A DNA stretch of 63,983 nucleotides, counting the filler, from Collodictyon triciliatum (lineage: Eukaryota), in assembly GCA_043381765.1 (NCBI GenBank). It is 14 parts of 14 records of this genome, joined end to end, with 100 filler letters (N's around TTAATTAATTAA, not from the genome) between each part and the next. Parts side by side here need not be neighbours in the genome. Positions count along the whole stretch, not along the records: positions 1 to 5,116 come from JBHJMP010005468.1; positions 5,217 to 8,404 come from JBHJMP010005469.1; positions 8,505 to 13,620 come from JBHJMP010005470.1; 11 more parts are not named here. One strand, written 5' to 3'. Within the stretch, counting starts at the first letter, position 1, and each line of letters starts with the position of its first letter. Below the pieces are notes generated by a model. It ran no database searches. It was not told the origin of the DNA and was given only the letters and a program-made list of their open reading frames with translations. Shown here piece after piece: positions 1 through 13,161 of this stretch. Position numbers and translations under genes: made by a program.

Positions 1-88
1 CGCAATCATCACTCGTCTCGCACAAAATTCTACCATCGCTTGTATCACAAAAGCCCATTTTCGATTCCATTCTTGGAATGGCACCTTT

Positions 89-176
<88 letters not shown>

Positions 177-269
177 ATATATCTTTTTTTTTAATTAAAT
201 ACCAGGCTTTAAAATACTATTTTACTATTATTTTTAAAAATAAATTGAAATGATTAAGTTTAAGTTTAA

Positions 270-3200
270 ACTCTTTTGTTTTTCGTCACCACTGTCCCTA
301 ACCCTACTCATATATCTTTTAACGATGGTATTACCAAACCATCTTATGTAAATCGAGCTCAATAACACCGATGCATGGTGTGCGTGGAGAAGAAAACTTC
401 ATAGCTTCGGCTGTATTTCTGTTAGGATTTTATGTTATCTTTAGAAAAACGGTACACTGCTTATGCTAGCGGAGGGTTCAAAGAAAGAATAGAAAAGGCC
501 TTTTCGGATTTGGTACAGTTTCCTGAAGATAGGTCTTGCGATTATCCGTCCCGAGGGGCATTTGACCTTTCGAGTTGCACGATGAGGGTTTTTAATTCCT
601 ATTTGAAAGTATGTGATGAGGAGTTGGTTGGAATAGCACGGATGCCAAATCAGATCTGCACAACGGTGTGTATCGTCACATTGCTGCTTTACTACATTCT
701 AGTGCACCATATTTGCTTCACCTTCTGATCCTCTTTACTGGACCCAAACAAATAGCAGACATCATCCACGAACTTTTCGACCTTTTCCAGAGGGTAACCA
801 AACTTCGTCATGTGGTCGATGATGCGCGCCAGGCGATTGAAATTAAACTTTGATGGAGATTCCTGCCGATTGATAATACAAAGGAAATGAAACAATGATA
901 ATTAAATGCATAGAATTCTGCCGCACTTCTCTTTATTGTCAATCCCTTGCTTGGTGCTGTTTGTTTGTGATACAAAAGTAATGTATGCTAGTACTGAAGA
1001 CTTACCTTTCGATAGACCGGGGATTGTGGGCTGACTTCGTGATCACCTTTAAAAAAAAGTATTAAGCATATGTATGTATCTATACTGTATTTGTGTCCAT
1101 ACTTCTATTTCTATTTCTATTTCTATTTCTATTTCTATTTCTATTTCTATTTCTATTTCTATTCAATATAAATGAGAGGGCCAATTATTGTTGTGGGCCA
1201 CTCAGTTATTCGGCAGATGGATTGTACGTTGTAAGTTGTAAGCATTGGCCCAAAACTCCTTCTCAATCCAAATTTGGTGATGCCTTAAGCGTTGGTAAAC
1301 AAATACATTTTCACATTTGGCGGTGGATTTGTAAAACAATGTAGACATTTCCATGACCACGAATGCTGTTTTAAAATCTATATATATGAAGTAGCCACAG
1401 CGATAAGAAGAAACAGTAGCATCAAATACCATATTATTTTTTTTTTATTCACGACAGACTTAGCTGTTGGCGCCCATGAGCATCAAATACCATATTGAAA
1501 ATAAATATGAAAATAAAAATAAGACAAGTAAACAATCAAAAATAAAAATAAAAACCTTTCGTCTTCCAACAACGATGCACAACATAATTCAAAGAATCTG
1601 ATATAGAATCGAAGCATTTCTCAGGTAGTGGATGACGATGCTGCAAATATTCAAAAAAAAAACCCAGTTAGAGAATACATTTTTAGATAATATTGTCAGA
1701 AGGGTGTATCTAAGATATTAAATATATATATTTTTTTTAAAAAAAAAAAAAAAAGAGGAAGAATTGGAATATACGTATGTTGTCAGTTTCTCAGATAATC
1801 CAATCATCAGAAGTGATATGCCAGAATCCATATCGATCAATGAAAAAAGCATCCTTTTCAATTTTCCATCTAGATATCATCACAAATTCGATGGACAGTA
1901 ATGTTTTCGAAAATGAGATAAAGGAAAGAGAAGCCACAAATTGGTTTGTATATATATATATATATATTGTCTTCGTTTTTAATCCATTTTTTGACAAAGA
2001 TTTGTACATTACCTATGGGAGCTCCATCCATAACGCTGCTAACTAAATTTCGAACAACTGACATTTTTTCGTCTATTTCATTGTCGTTTACATTAATATC
2101 AAGCCTATCAAGAGCATAAACCAAGCTGTGGGGAATTCCTTTTTCGCGAAGGGGGCTTATGAGGAGGCGCACATGGTCTTTTTGTTTCTGGCTGCCTCTG
2201 TTCAATTTTGGAGTTTGGAATGATCCGTGGACACGAGGAGAAGTTTCAGGACCTTGCAGCCATTAAATGAGAAGCTTAGAAAGAGTGTATAATTATATCA
2301 AAGAAGCCAAAAAAAAAATCATCTGTTACGGGAAATGGTAAATTTATATATTGAGGTTGGGGTAATACTTGATTGCGTCATATTAAGTGCGAGCAAGCGG
2401 AGGCTGTCAGAAGAACGAATGTTTGTGTCAACATGGTCTGGGAGTCCAAAATATTCAAAGAAAGTGGGGACCTATTGTTCTGAAGAATTTAGAAGGGTCG
2501 AATGTATGACATAAATCATAGAGAATCACCTTCATAGAATCTCCAAAAACGACAGTGTCTATGTAGTCATCGAAAACATTAATTCCATGTGCTCCATTGG
2601 TAAATTTGGATGATATAAAGTGGTAGAAGGCAGATGTTTGCACAAATTCTTTCAAAAAATCCTAATGTAAGCTAAATTTAGTTCATACGTAATCAACCAT
2701 TTTTCTGAGTGTTTAATTGTTCATCGACCAAGCATTGCAACTAATTTTTTTGTATGGAAAGAAATTATCTTAACATTTACACAAGCTTGGGTAATAAAAA
2801 GAATTTTAGAGAAAGCAAACGAATTATTTTTCAATATAAGATAAAAAATGAACTTGGTCATTTTCATGTGCTTCTTGAATGAATCGTGTTGTATTGAATA
2901 TTGTTTCCATGAGCGGTCTAGATGGGAGATAAGAATAAGAATTGAATGTAAGAGGCAATACATTATAATTTCAGGGAAGAGTGTCGATGTGGCATTAATT
3001 ACGCAGTTAATATTAATAATATTTCAATGTGTGATTGAATTTTGTCATTTAAAATACCAAGGCGCCAAAAAAAAAAATTTTTAAAAAAAATGTGAATACT
3101 AAGGACACTCACATTTGTTCACCAGAAACTACCTCGGGGGGGATGAGATACTCTCTATAAAGCTTCAATAAGTTTGAAAAAAAGTCGAGAAAAGTTCGTC

Positions 3201-4947
3201 GAATTCTCATAGAGTAAACACTATCGTCCATGAGGCCTTCTTGGTCTTGCTCCCGGATATCTGTTAATGCTTTGTACAACTAAATCGAATGAAACTGGTG
3301 GTTAACAATAAAACGAAACGGTTGCGTTAAGATATATGGTAAATATTATGAAACCTGTTCAACACGCGACGAAGGCATATCTGGAACCCAGAAACTCTGT
3401 GAATAGTGCAATTTATCCTGGTCGATATCGAAGAATACAACATCGGGTAGATGTTGAATTCGCTCTTTAATATTTCTGCTCCAAGAAGAAAATAAAATGA
3501 AAATTGATAAAGTAAGAACCAACTGCACATGTAAAGCAATTAATGTATAGTATCCTACTCGACAAAGATGATTGCGATAAAGATATGTGTACCCAATTAC
3601 TGATGAATGCAGCCCCAATAGGAATGATGTAGGTGCGTAGATGAACTCTTCAAAAGCAGGAGGCAAAACGGGAGAGTACACATGTTGGTAGCGAAAGGGA
3701 TACTTTATGCACAAAAGAAAAAAAGCCTTTAAAATTGGACTATAAGATACAAATTAGATGACATTGACAAAAGAAAAGGCTGTGGTTTGAGCACTAGGCT
3801 TACCATTAAAATGCAGAGGGTTTGAGCTAGTTTAGTTAGTTTTATGTAGGAAGACGAAAACAGTAGAATGGAGCGCTCCAGAAGAATAAAGTGGAATAGG
3901 TTTATCAAGTTTTCTGGTGATATTTCGACAGCAATCGGGCGGAGTGGATACTACACACATTTTGGGGTGATTGCAATTATACTTGAATAAGATTTATAAA
4001 TTTATGGGATTGAATAAATAATTAAATCGTGTGTGCTAAATATATGTGTATTTTAAAAATTACATCGATGAAAGGGAAATCGGTAATAGGAGATCCTAAA
4101 AATTGAATTTCTCTATCCTGAAAGTTTCCGAGCCTTATTAGCGTTCGAAAAGTAGATGGAAATACTGCGTTGCGGTGAAAAGATGCCGCCATAGGAAGAA
4201 TATCCTCATCAAAAGTAAACCGAATAATATCTGCTTTGGACTGATCAACAATAAAATAAAAGTAAAAAAAAAATTAGATACGTCGAAAAGTAAATAAAAT
4301 GTAATCATGCAAGCAAGTCATCCTAGATGACTTGCTTGTTAATAAGTATATAGATTATTTTCTGTGAGCCAAGTAATTTCTTTTGTAAAGAAATTGTCTT
4401 CGAGGCATATTCATGTCAAAGTCAAACTTATACTCTATGGATTCCAGAGTTTTTCATCCAAGATTGCATGTAAACCTTCTGAATAGATTCAAGTAAATCT
4501 GTTTGGAAGGTAAAAATAGGATGTCTTGAGAGGATACAAATGCACATAGGAACAACTTCCATAGACTTTTTTATCGTCATTGCGAATCGACGGAAAGAAC
4601 TGGTCTTTCTTAATTTTTCTGAATCTTCGGGTGTGGCTTGAGGGCTCTCTGTCTGCTTCTAAATTTTGGTATGATTTAATCAAATCCTTATCTAAAATTA
4701 TCTTCAAAACAAACCAAAAAAGTGTGTCTTTTAAAGGCAGGGAAGAGAAGAAATCATGTGAAATGGATTATAGAAAGGATAAAATGTCTGAGAGGGATAT
4801 TCTTGGCTGATTTTTTTTCCTTAATTCGATTCAAAGATTTTCAGTTGTAAATTAAAATATACCTGATAAAGAGAAAATGGGGATAGTCGCAATGATAGGA
4901 ATCTATTGGGGGATGTCCTTCTAGAACCAATTGAACAAGTATTTGCA
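270..4947 (-). CDS. DENN-domain Rab GEF-like protein with SBF1/SBF2-type C-terminal domain, multi-exon, 5' partial
   Basis: Exon peptides YPFRYQHVYSPVLPPAFEEFIYAPTSFLLGLHSS and LPDVVFFDIDQDKL (cDENN), KEFVQTSAFYHFI (dDENN), FVYQRLRHHQIWIEKEFW and IIDHMTKFGYPLEKVEKFV (SBF2-like); GT-AG introns; ends approximate. Confidence 0.8.
4811..4836 (-). mobile_element. Degenerate copy of the short poly(A)-tailed retro-insertion
   Basis: Minus strand CTTTGAATCGAATTAAGGAAAAAAAA matches the 3' half of the copies at 9555 and 11525; no clear TSD. Confidence 0.5.
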
Positions 4948-5116
4948 TATATTAAAAAGAGAGAAACTGTAATTTAGAGTAAGGGGAAAATAAGTAAAAG
5001 AAAAAGCATGAGGGGATAGAAAAATGAAAAATGAAAAATGAAAAATGAAAAATGAAAAATGAAAAATGAAAAATGAAAAATGAAAAATGAAAAATGAAAA
5101 ATGAAAAATGAAAAAT

Positions 5117-5216
5117 NNNNNNNNNNNNNNNNNNNNNNNNNNNNNNNNNNNNNNNNNNNNTTAATTAATTAANNNNNNNNNNNNNNNNNNNNNNNNNNNN
5201 NNNNNNNNNNNNNNNN
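5117..5216. other. Artificial contig linker (N-run, TTAATTAATTAA, N-run); recurs at about 8405, 13621, 18836, 24049, 29262, 34475, 39686, 44898, 50110, 55322, 60529 and 62123
   Basis: Identical 12-mer with stops in all six frames inside ~100-nt N spacers; most intervening contigs are 5107-5116 bp. Confidence 0.98.
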
Positions 5217-5221
5217 GTGTA

Positions 5222-5312
<91 letters not shown>

Positions 5313-5323
5313 GGGTATGGGTA

Positions 5324-5372
<49 letters not shown>

Positions 5373-5410
5373 GGGTATGTGTATGGGTATGTGTATGGGT
5401 ATGTGTATGT

Positions 5411-5475
<65 letters not shown>

Positions 5476-5528
5476 AGTATGGGTATGAGTATGAGTATGA
5501 GTATGAGTATGAGTATGAGTATGAGTAT
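5217..5528. repeat. Compound hexamer microsatellite (GTGTAT/GGGTAT/GAGTAT)n
   Basis: Direct inspection; source of spurious HT/YV/MC ORFs. Confidence 0.95.
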
Positions 5529-5618
5529 CATGTTTACATATCAGGAAGCGCATGAATTATTTTCTTAAAATGCCTGATATTTTCATCAAAAAATATATAA
5601 AGAAAAATCACTTCATAC

Positions 5619-8266
5619 CTTCAATTGAGGATCCGTCACTAGTCTATAATAAAAATCGTCTACGACCCTTGAAAGAATGGATTCTCCACCAATAGCCTGT
5701 AGTAAGGTCCCTGGGTATGGTTCCGGGAGTAACTCTCTGGCTTTTTCCTCTAATATGATATCTTGCTCTAAAATGGAAGACTGTAATGACTCTGCACTAG
5801 CATTCGGTGATATCCCCCAAGAATACCACATAAATTCCTCATTCTAACTTCATCCATGGCTTGTATCAGCTCATTTCTTGTAAACCCATTCATCGATAAC
5901 CTAATATCAACTAAAAAGAAACCATTGTCCTCAAAATTTGGTGCATTTGATCGAGGTGCCATTGACTGGTATGGATTATCATGGATTGCACGTAATATGG
6001 CTGTTAACCCTTCTTTCTTCAAGTCATTCCATTCCAATCGAAGTCGTAAGTGCGTTGGTTCCATGGACCGAATGGCAGTAGATAAAATGGATGCCCCTTC
6101 TGCGCGTATCTTATTTCCTCTCAGACTTAGTTCTCTAAGGTGTGTTTTATTTGCGCATTTGACCAATTTTGAAACAGGCCGAGCTGCTTCAAAGTCTAAA
6201 TCACAGAAATCCAGAAGCAGTCTGCTCAGTCTCGAACTTGGGTTGGAGATAATTCCATCAACAAGGGTTTCGAGACCTTGTGTACCAAGCAAAGGATTTT
6301 CATTCAAGCTTAAAGTGCGCAATGTTCTGTGGTATTGTATCAATACCGAAATCCAAACTGCAGCATGATTCCCTATGTAATTATGACCCAAATCAAGTGT
6401 CTCGATTGGGATTTTCTGAGAAAGTAGAGATAAACTCAAAATTTTAATATCCTTTGTGTCCAGCTCATTTCCTCTTAAATCTAGACTTTTAACTTTTAAA
6501 AGCCACATCGTTCCGTCAAATTGAGATGGGTTGGACAGAATGCTGCACCATCTATTTGAAAACATGGCCTTCGCCCCTCCCAAGGCGTGTGGTAACTTAA
6601 TTTGTTCGTAGTCGTTTTCATTTGTTTTCCTTGTTTGATTCTTGGCACCCAGAACCCAAGACAAACCATTTCTGAAGCAATCCTTGGATTCTTGTATTAT
6701 ACAATAGCTGTGGTTCCTTGATGACTGAATGTCCTCAAAGAAAATGCATGTGTACTTTGGCCAAGAGGCTCTTGCAACACAGAGTATGTAAAATATCAGG
6801 AAGGTAATCACTGTGCTACCGCACAATACCAACGGACTTGTAATTGTCTCTGATAGAGCCCACCAATGAGACACTGAGGCAGAAATCAACAGAGCGCTCT
6901 GTAACCCATGTGCCCTGACATTCGTAAAGGAAATCCATGTATTTGTGACGATTACGCATATTAATAAGGTTATCAAATTTGTCCACAAGAACACTGCCTT
7001 GTGTTTAAAAGCTATGAAAGTGGATGTGATGCAAAATATTGTCTTTGTGACCAGGAGCCCAAAAAAATAAGCCTGATTTTTCTCATAAAAGAAAGCCATG
7101 GAAGACACTTTTGCCCTCTCTAAACGCGAATAAACTTCCATTCTTTTAACAACAAAAGCGTAATAGAATAATAGTAAACTTGACATCGCCCCAATTATTA
7201 ATGCAATATGTGAAACCCCCCAGCAAACAATGGTGGGGTCAATCTGGTGAACAAGTGTTGTGGTAGATGAATGTCTGCACAGAAAAATAGATAGCAAAGT
7301 AGATATAATCGGCACGGAGAGAGCAATCATGGTGAAATACCATAGGCCACGACCATACACACAAAGGGTGGAGCCAAAAGTAGCCAAGAGTGTCTTTGTT
7401 GGGATGAAGGACAAGACTGCTCCAAACGTGACAAAAATAACTAGCCCGGAAACACATCCCAGGTATGCTTTATGTAGGAATCGAGGTGGAAAGCTGTATT
7501 CATGGAACGCCCGTGATATCGCGTCTTCTGTCAAAATTACCGCACCAGAGCCAACTGGTGCCCAATACAATTGACTTGAGCCAATAAATACAGTAAAAAG
7601 CTGCCAAAAGAAAAATAATTTTTGTGATAGCGGCTTAGCTATTGTCTCTCGGACAATTGCAAAGTCTGATATTCTCTTTTCCACTTCACTGTTGTCTTCA
7701 GACTCCTCCGCACCCGCCGCACAAAAATTTCTCCCTTCTAAGGATGAGTCAGCAATTCCGACCCCGACACTACCCGAGTGCCTCGGGGTGGCCTCATGAT
7801 ATGCGCTTTTTGGATAATGGATCGATGAAGGGTTTATATCGGATACTGAAAAGATTCTCCTGACAGACTTCATACTTGACTTGAGTGAAGTTGACAATGT
7901 GGATTGTGAAACAAAACTCGAGCTTAGTGAGCGATTTTCCTGGTGGGTTGCAGTCGTGCGAGATGTTTGGGTATTTTCGAGGTTAGTCATGCTCGTATTT
8001 GCAAGATTTTGGACTTTGTGAATCCGTTCTGTGGTAGGGTTTTTCTGTTTGGATCCTTTAATCGACATAAAATTAAGGAAGGAGAAAGCATCTTGAAGCA
8101 CAATTACAGGGAATCTGTGAGTCTTTACACGACCCATCTTCGTAAGGTCACAGATTCCGTCTCCTGTCCTCAGTAATTGAGGTCTTTTCGTGTGCTGTGT
8201 GTTCTCATTGCTCAATGGATTTGAGCAGTGGGCTATTGAATCTTTTTTATCTGCGAATGACCTCAT
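5619..8266 (-). CDS. Multi-pass membrane protein + RNI-like LRR domain + probable group I truncated globin domain (3' partial)
   Basis: 832-aa ORF with about 8-10 hydrophobic segments, then LRRs (LDLRGNEL, LDLGHNYIG, LSLNENP, LSLRGNKI). A 59-nt GT-AG intron at 5826-5768 joins it in frame to exon 5767-5619 encoding TLLQAIGGESILSRVVDDFYYRLVTDPQLK. Confidence 0.75.
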
Positions 8267-8504
8267 CCTTATCTTTGTTATGAATCGTCCTATGCGTGTT
8301 CATAAAGAGAGTATATGCGAAAAATCATTTACTCATTGAATGATTGATTTTATTATTTTATTTTATTTTTTTGCTTATTTTTACTTATTTAACCCCCCCC
8401 CCCCNNNNNNNNNNNNNNNNNNNNNNNNNNNNNNNNNNNNNNNNNNNNTTAATTAATTAANNNNNNNNNNNNNNNNNNNNNNNNNNNNNNNNNNNNNNNN
8501 NNNN

Positions 8505-8552
<48 letters not shown>

Positions 8553-9538
8553 CTCCCCCCCCCCCCCCCCCCCCAACCCCTTCTATTTATGTGATGAATT
8601 ATCATGATGTCAGAAGTTCCTCGTTGCTTGATGAGCAAAACTTTATTTAGATAAACTACAATCGTTTTATCATCTGAAGAACAGGTTCTTCAAAAAAGAT
8701 TGCCTTTTGTGCTTGTTAGATCTATTATTGTTCTGATTATTAGTGAAGGTTGATGCCAAGATTGTTTTTCGTTATCAATTGTCAAGGGAGGCTACTTTTT
8801 CTTTTCTTTTTTTGATTGGCGGTTCGGGAAAGAAACTAATTTAAGAACAGGAAGCTAAACCATTTTTTAAATAATAGTAATGGTAATTATAATGATGATA
8901 ATGATAATGACAATAATACTAAATATATATAAGGCACCAATTAAGAAGGCATTGGCTATTAAGCATTTTGTTTTGAAACCCAATATTCAAGAATAGTCGA
9001 TCCAAATGTGCATTTTTTTTATTATTTTATTCTATTTTTTTACACACGAGTATATTCTCTTCTATCGCTTATGCAAAGGCTTTGTATCGAGGATATGTCT
9101 CAAAGAAAAAAAAAAGTATCCATACTGGATTTTTTTTCTTTATGTCGATAGCATCATGAGAGCGAAGAGAGTGCTTGTAAAGCTTGTCTGGAGTGCAATT
9201 GAATCAATTCAGAGCATAGAGGTCTTTGTGAAAACTAAAGAATAACACTTGGGGGTGAGTCTTGTTATTAGTCAGCCAGTCACCATGATAGATGATTGCC
9301 CCTGTTCTTGAATAGAGTGAAGAATAAGGCCCCCAATCTAATCCAAAAAATAAAAATAAAAACATTGCACAGTGATTGTATCCTGTTGTTGAATCACAAG
9401 ACACAACTATTTAAAAAAATCTTAACAATGAGATTATCAGCCAACGACCCACCCAGCGAAATTAGCTCAACCTCAATAAATCAGACGATTCCAATCACCT
9501 CTACGGACATGTGGGCAATATCCGAAAGAATTTCTAGG

Positions 9539-9607
9539 GAATAATTTTGTCATTTTTTTCCTTTATTCGATTCAAAGTGTAGCGAGGTTAAGAATAATTT
9601 TGTCATT
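9539..9607 (-). mobile_element. 37-nt poly(A)-tailed retro-insertion with 16-bp target-site duplication
   Basis: GAATAATTTTGTCATT at 9539-9554 and 9592-9607 flanks an insert reading (minus) TTAACCTCGCTACACTTTGAATCGAATAAAGGAAAAA. Confidence 0.85.
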
Positions 9608-11053
9608 ATGCGCAAACAAAAACCGAAATAGTCCATGTGGGTTCATCAAATAGAATATTTTATATCAAAACAACCGACTTGATAACGATTTATCTAACAA
9701 GCTCACATCTTTGTGCATTTGAGAGACAACCCGAAGCCAGGTTATTTCATAAAATTGAAGAAAAAAAGGAATTTACAAGGAAAATCAAAAAAAAAATAGC
9801 TCCAAATGGCCTTCTGGTCGTGTGGAACAAAAGAGACCAATAGAATTAATAGCGATGTTATATAAGCTGTGAAAATCTCCACAAAAAAATAGGCCTGATT
9901 CTACTTCTATTCTTCCGGTGACGCCCTGCCGCCGCAATGTGACGGAAAAAAACGAACCTACAGCGCATTCCCTAAAGCCCAAATAGCAATATTTTCCATA
10001 TTTACCTCAACCATACTCAATTGTATATATTCCCTGGTGAAAAAAATCCAAACTCGGCGTTCGTCGCTCAAACCCACTCCCCTCCGACCTGCTGCCATAT
10101 TGACTGCATGCGCTTCTGTGGTCATAAAGAAGAAAACAAGGTGTGCATCGACAAGGTGTTTGTCATTGCACCGTCATAGTGACAAGAGCCAACAAGAAGA
10201 GAATAAAAGAAATTACCTACGTCATGAGTCATGAGGGTGGCCGAGAAAAGCATAATATTTTCGTTTGTGTTGAGGGGCGTGAAGCCAGAGCGATGCGGAA
10301 CCTACTTTCGATTCTTTGATGAATGTGGAAGAAACATTAATTTCCGCGTACAATTCCAGCTCTACTCTTTTTTTAACACACTACCATCTCAAAAAGTTGC
10401 CCTTCAATAAGTTGATAGAGACAGCATCACAGGTGATTTATAAGCCCCCAAATCACAAACTTCCTAAGAAATCCGCCCATCACAAGAACTGCCTGGGGTG
10501 TGTTCGCGCACTAAACTTTGGCCGAGCTACCGAATATTGCCACTTTGATATCGAATCAAATTATATACGAAAGCTAGTGAAATATCATGACAAATACATA
10601 TATCTAAGGTTTAATATATTGTTATAAAGTCATTTACATCTTAATTTCTATGCTCCATAACAAATCTACTATAATTTCCACAAATGATATATAGTCTACA
10701 AATAGATATAGTAGATATATTATATCTACTAGATCTACTTAATCCAATTTTACTATATTGTAGTACTATTAGTAACTATAGTAATAAATCGAGAGACATT
10801 TTAGCGTCATTTAGTAGACACCGCTTCCATTGCTATCTATTCGGCTCCAACGGGCGCACAAATATAGAAAAGCCGTTATTTGAACCTGGAAAACTTTTCT
10901 CCTCTCTCCAAGCAATATAAATAACCTCACAATGATCACCCTTTCTCGCACTAAACATAAATATCACACAAACGCCCCAGCCCAAGACCCGATCACAGCC
11001 GCACGAGCCCGGAACCCTACCCCAAAGAACCACCAAGCAGCCCAGAACATCAA

Positions 11054-11323
11054 ATGTCTGAACGCAAGGCCGTTGTCAAGAACGCCGACATGTCTGAGGA
11101 CATGCAGCAGGACGCCGTCGACTGTGCCACCCAGGCCATGGAGAAGTACAACATTGAGAAGGATATTGCCGCCTACATCAAGAAGGAGTTCGACAAGAAG
11201 TACAACCCCACCTGGCACTGCGTCGTCGGCCGCAACTTCGGCTCCTACGTGACCCACGAGACCAAGCACTTCATCTACTTCTACCTCGGCCAGGTCGCCA
11301 TCCTGCTGTTCAAGTCCGGTTAA
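11054..11323 (+). CDS. DYNLL: Dynein light chain LC8
   Basis: 89 aa, [25 protein letters not shown]...[40 protein letters not shown]; intronless. Confidence 0.99.
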   Translation: MSERKAVVKNADMSEDMQQDAVDCATQAMEKYNIEKDIAAYIKKEFDKKYNPTWHCVVGRNFGSYVTHETKHFIYFYLGQVAILLFKSG

Positions 11324-11510
11324 GCAGCCCCACTGCCTCCCGACGCCCGGACGCCCGATAAACGCCTCTGCCCGCATCCAACACGTCCGCGTAGCAGGGC
11401 TGCCGCCAGTTGTATAAAGCCAAAGTTTTCGACACAACTTGTCTCCGTACCAATGTCCCGAGGCCTGAAAGAAACTGCGTGACTGGCTGCTGAGAATGGC
11501 TCAGTCATAT

Positions 11511-11580
11511 AGCGAGCGTGCTGTTTTTTTTTTTCCTCTAATCGATTCAAAGTGCAGCGAGGTTAAAGCGAGTGTGCTGT
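11511..11580 (-). mobile_element. 42-nt poly(A)-tailed retro-insertion with 14-bp TSD (1 mismatch), between the convergent LC8 and Ran genes
   Basis: AGCGAGCGTGCTGT (11511-11524) and AGCGAGTGTGCTGT (11567-11580) flank (minus) TTAACCTCGCTGCACTTTGAATCGATTAGAGG-A10. Confidence 0.85.
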
Positions 11581-11751
11581 CTAGCGAGCAGGGGCTTCAC
11601 CAGATATGAGGCAGAGAGTGGCAGAGACAGGTTGTTTTATTGGGACCTTCCGGAAAGCAAGGTGTACATAAGATGGGTAGGGGATAGGCAGCCGTGGGCG
11701 GCAGTACTACAACCGCCGAGGAGCCTGGGAATCAGCCTGGCCGGACCGGGC

Positions 11752-12632
11752 TTAGAACTCCTCGTCGCCCTCGGGAAGGGGGGCCGACTCAGCAGCGTGC
11801 AGCTCCTGCTCCTGCTGGGCGATGTAGGCGGGGTCGATGGCAACCTCTGGGGGGAGGGTGCTGGGCTGGGCCGTGAGGGTGAGGGCGGGGTCGCCCACCA
11901 GCTTGCGGGCAAGGCCGAGGAAGGGCTTCTCGTACTGGTAGTTGCTCTTGGCCGAGACCTCGAAGTAGAGCAGGTTCTTCTTGCGGTGGAAGACGATCTG
12001 GCCGGCCTTGACCTTGCGGTCCTTGACGTCCACCTTGTTGCCCACCAGCGCGATGGGGATGTTCTCGCAGACGCGCGTCAGGTCGCGGTGCCAGTTGGGG
12101 ACGTTCTTGTAGGTGGTGCGGCTGGTCACGTCGAACATGATGATGCCCGCCTGGCCGCCGATGTAGTAGCCGTCGCGCAGCCCGCCAAACTTCTCCTGTC
12201 CGGCCGTGTCCCACACGTTGAAGGCCAGTGCCCCGCGGTTGGTGAAGAAGCGCAGCTTGCGGACTTCCACGCCCACGGTGGCTGTGAAGGCGTTGGAGGC
12301 GGACGCGTGAGTCGGTGATGCAGAGGCCTTTGGGTGTGAGTGTAGGGGGCGCGGCATGGGGAAAGAGGGGAAGGCAGAATACGTGACTCGCATCACCCAC
12401 CTTCGTATTTCTTTTCGAATTCCCCGGTGATGTGGCGGGTGACAAAAGTGGTCTTTCCGACGCCTCCGTCTCCAACAAGGACGAGCTTGAATTCTGGTTC
12501 TTGGGCGGCCTGGGCGTGGAAGCAGCGTCAGTGAGTGTTGCCAAAAGGTTGGGCAGTCAGAAGAGGCGGCAACTGTGCTTGTGAGTGTGTTGGCGGGTGG
12601 GGTGCTGGGATGAATTCTGGAGGTCTTACCAT
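11752..12632 (-). CDS. RAN: Ran GTPase, 3 exons (12632-12630, 12509-12401, 12281-11752), 213 aa
   Basis: [45 protein letters not shown], acidic tail [12 protein letters not shown] junctions sum to 642 nt. Confidence 0.98.
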
Positions 12633-13161
12633 TGCTACGATAGGGTGCCTGGTTGCAGCGGGAGAGCAGGTGTCTGGTTCGGTTATGTGGTGGGTGAATG
12701 AATGAGTGAGTGGTTTGGACTTGGGGGGTGTGCGGTTCGGGCAGCGGCAGGGACAACGGTACCAGGGAGATCTTCTGAATTGCACGGCGATTTGCGCGTG
12801 CTTTTGGTATCGATAGCAAGGGCAACTGTTTAAATTGCCACTGCATGGCGAGTTGACCACAGCCCCGTGTGTGCGTGAATATTCCAGAAGGCGGGGAATT
12901 TTCGCATTCAAAATCTCTAAAGGTTTAACACGTAATTCAAATGTTCAAATAGGTTGCAGAAAATATTTTGATATTATATTTTAGTATATAAAAGTAATAT
13001 TTCCATTATAAATATTGAATTTTTCTCAATTATAGCCGATGATAATACTTGATAAAATAAATTCCACAAATAATTGAGGTTCCTTTTGCGTGTTCATTCG
13101 ACGTTCCGGCTGTATTGTGGTGGAAATGTTTGCTATCTGGTTCGTGTGGTGGTGTGTATGT

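Noticed and set aside
5161-5568. Dipeptide-repeat ORFs (HT, YV, MC) and similar ORFs at 1093, 19561, 29306, 43868, 44611, 45000, 50210 and 61957
   Set aside because: Translations of microsatellites in introns or at contig ends
9555-9591. The conserved ~35-nt motif as a spliced-leader exon or snRNA
   Set aside because: Copies carry A-tails and individual TSDs, have no following GT donor, and match the 3' end of a retroelement-like remnant
10709-10731. Palindrome TAGTAGATATA-T-TATATCTACTA upstream of LC8
   Set aside because: Low-complexity AT-rich context with many TCTAC/GTAGA words; could arise by chance or slippage
10932-12911. Long overlapping and antisense ORFs around LC8 and Ran, including the 364-aa N-terminally extended Ran
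   Set aside because: Shadow frames of GC-biased codons; the extension reads through introns, and the spliced model gives a normal 213-aa Ran
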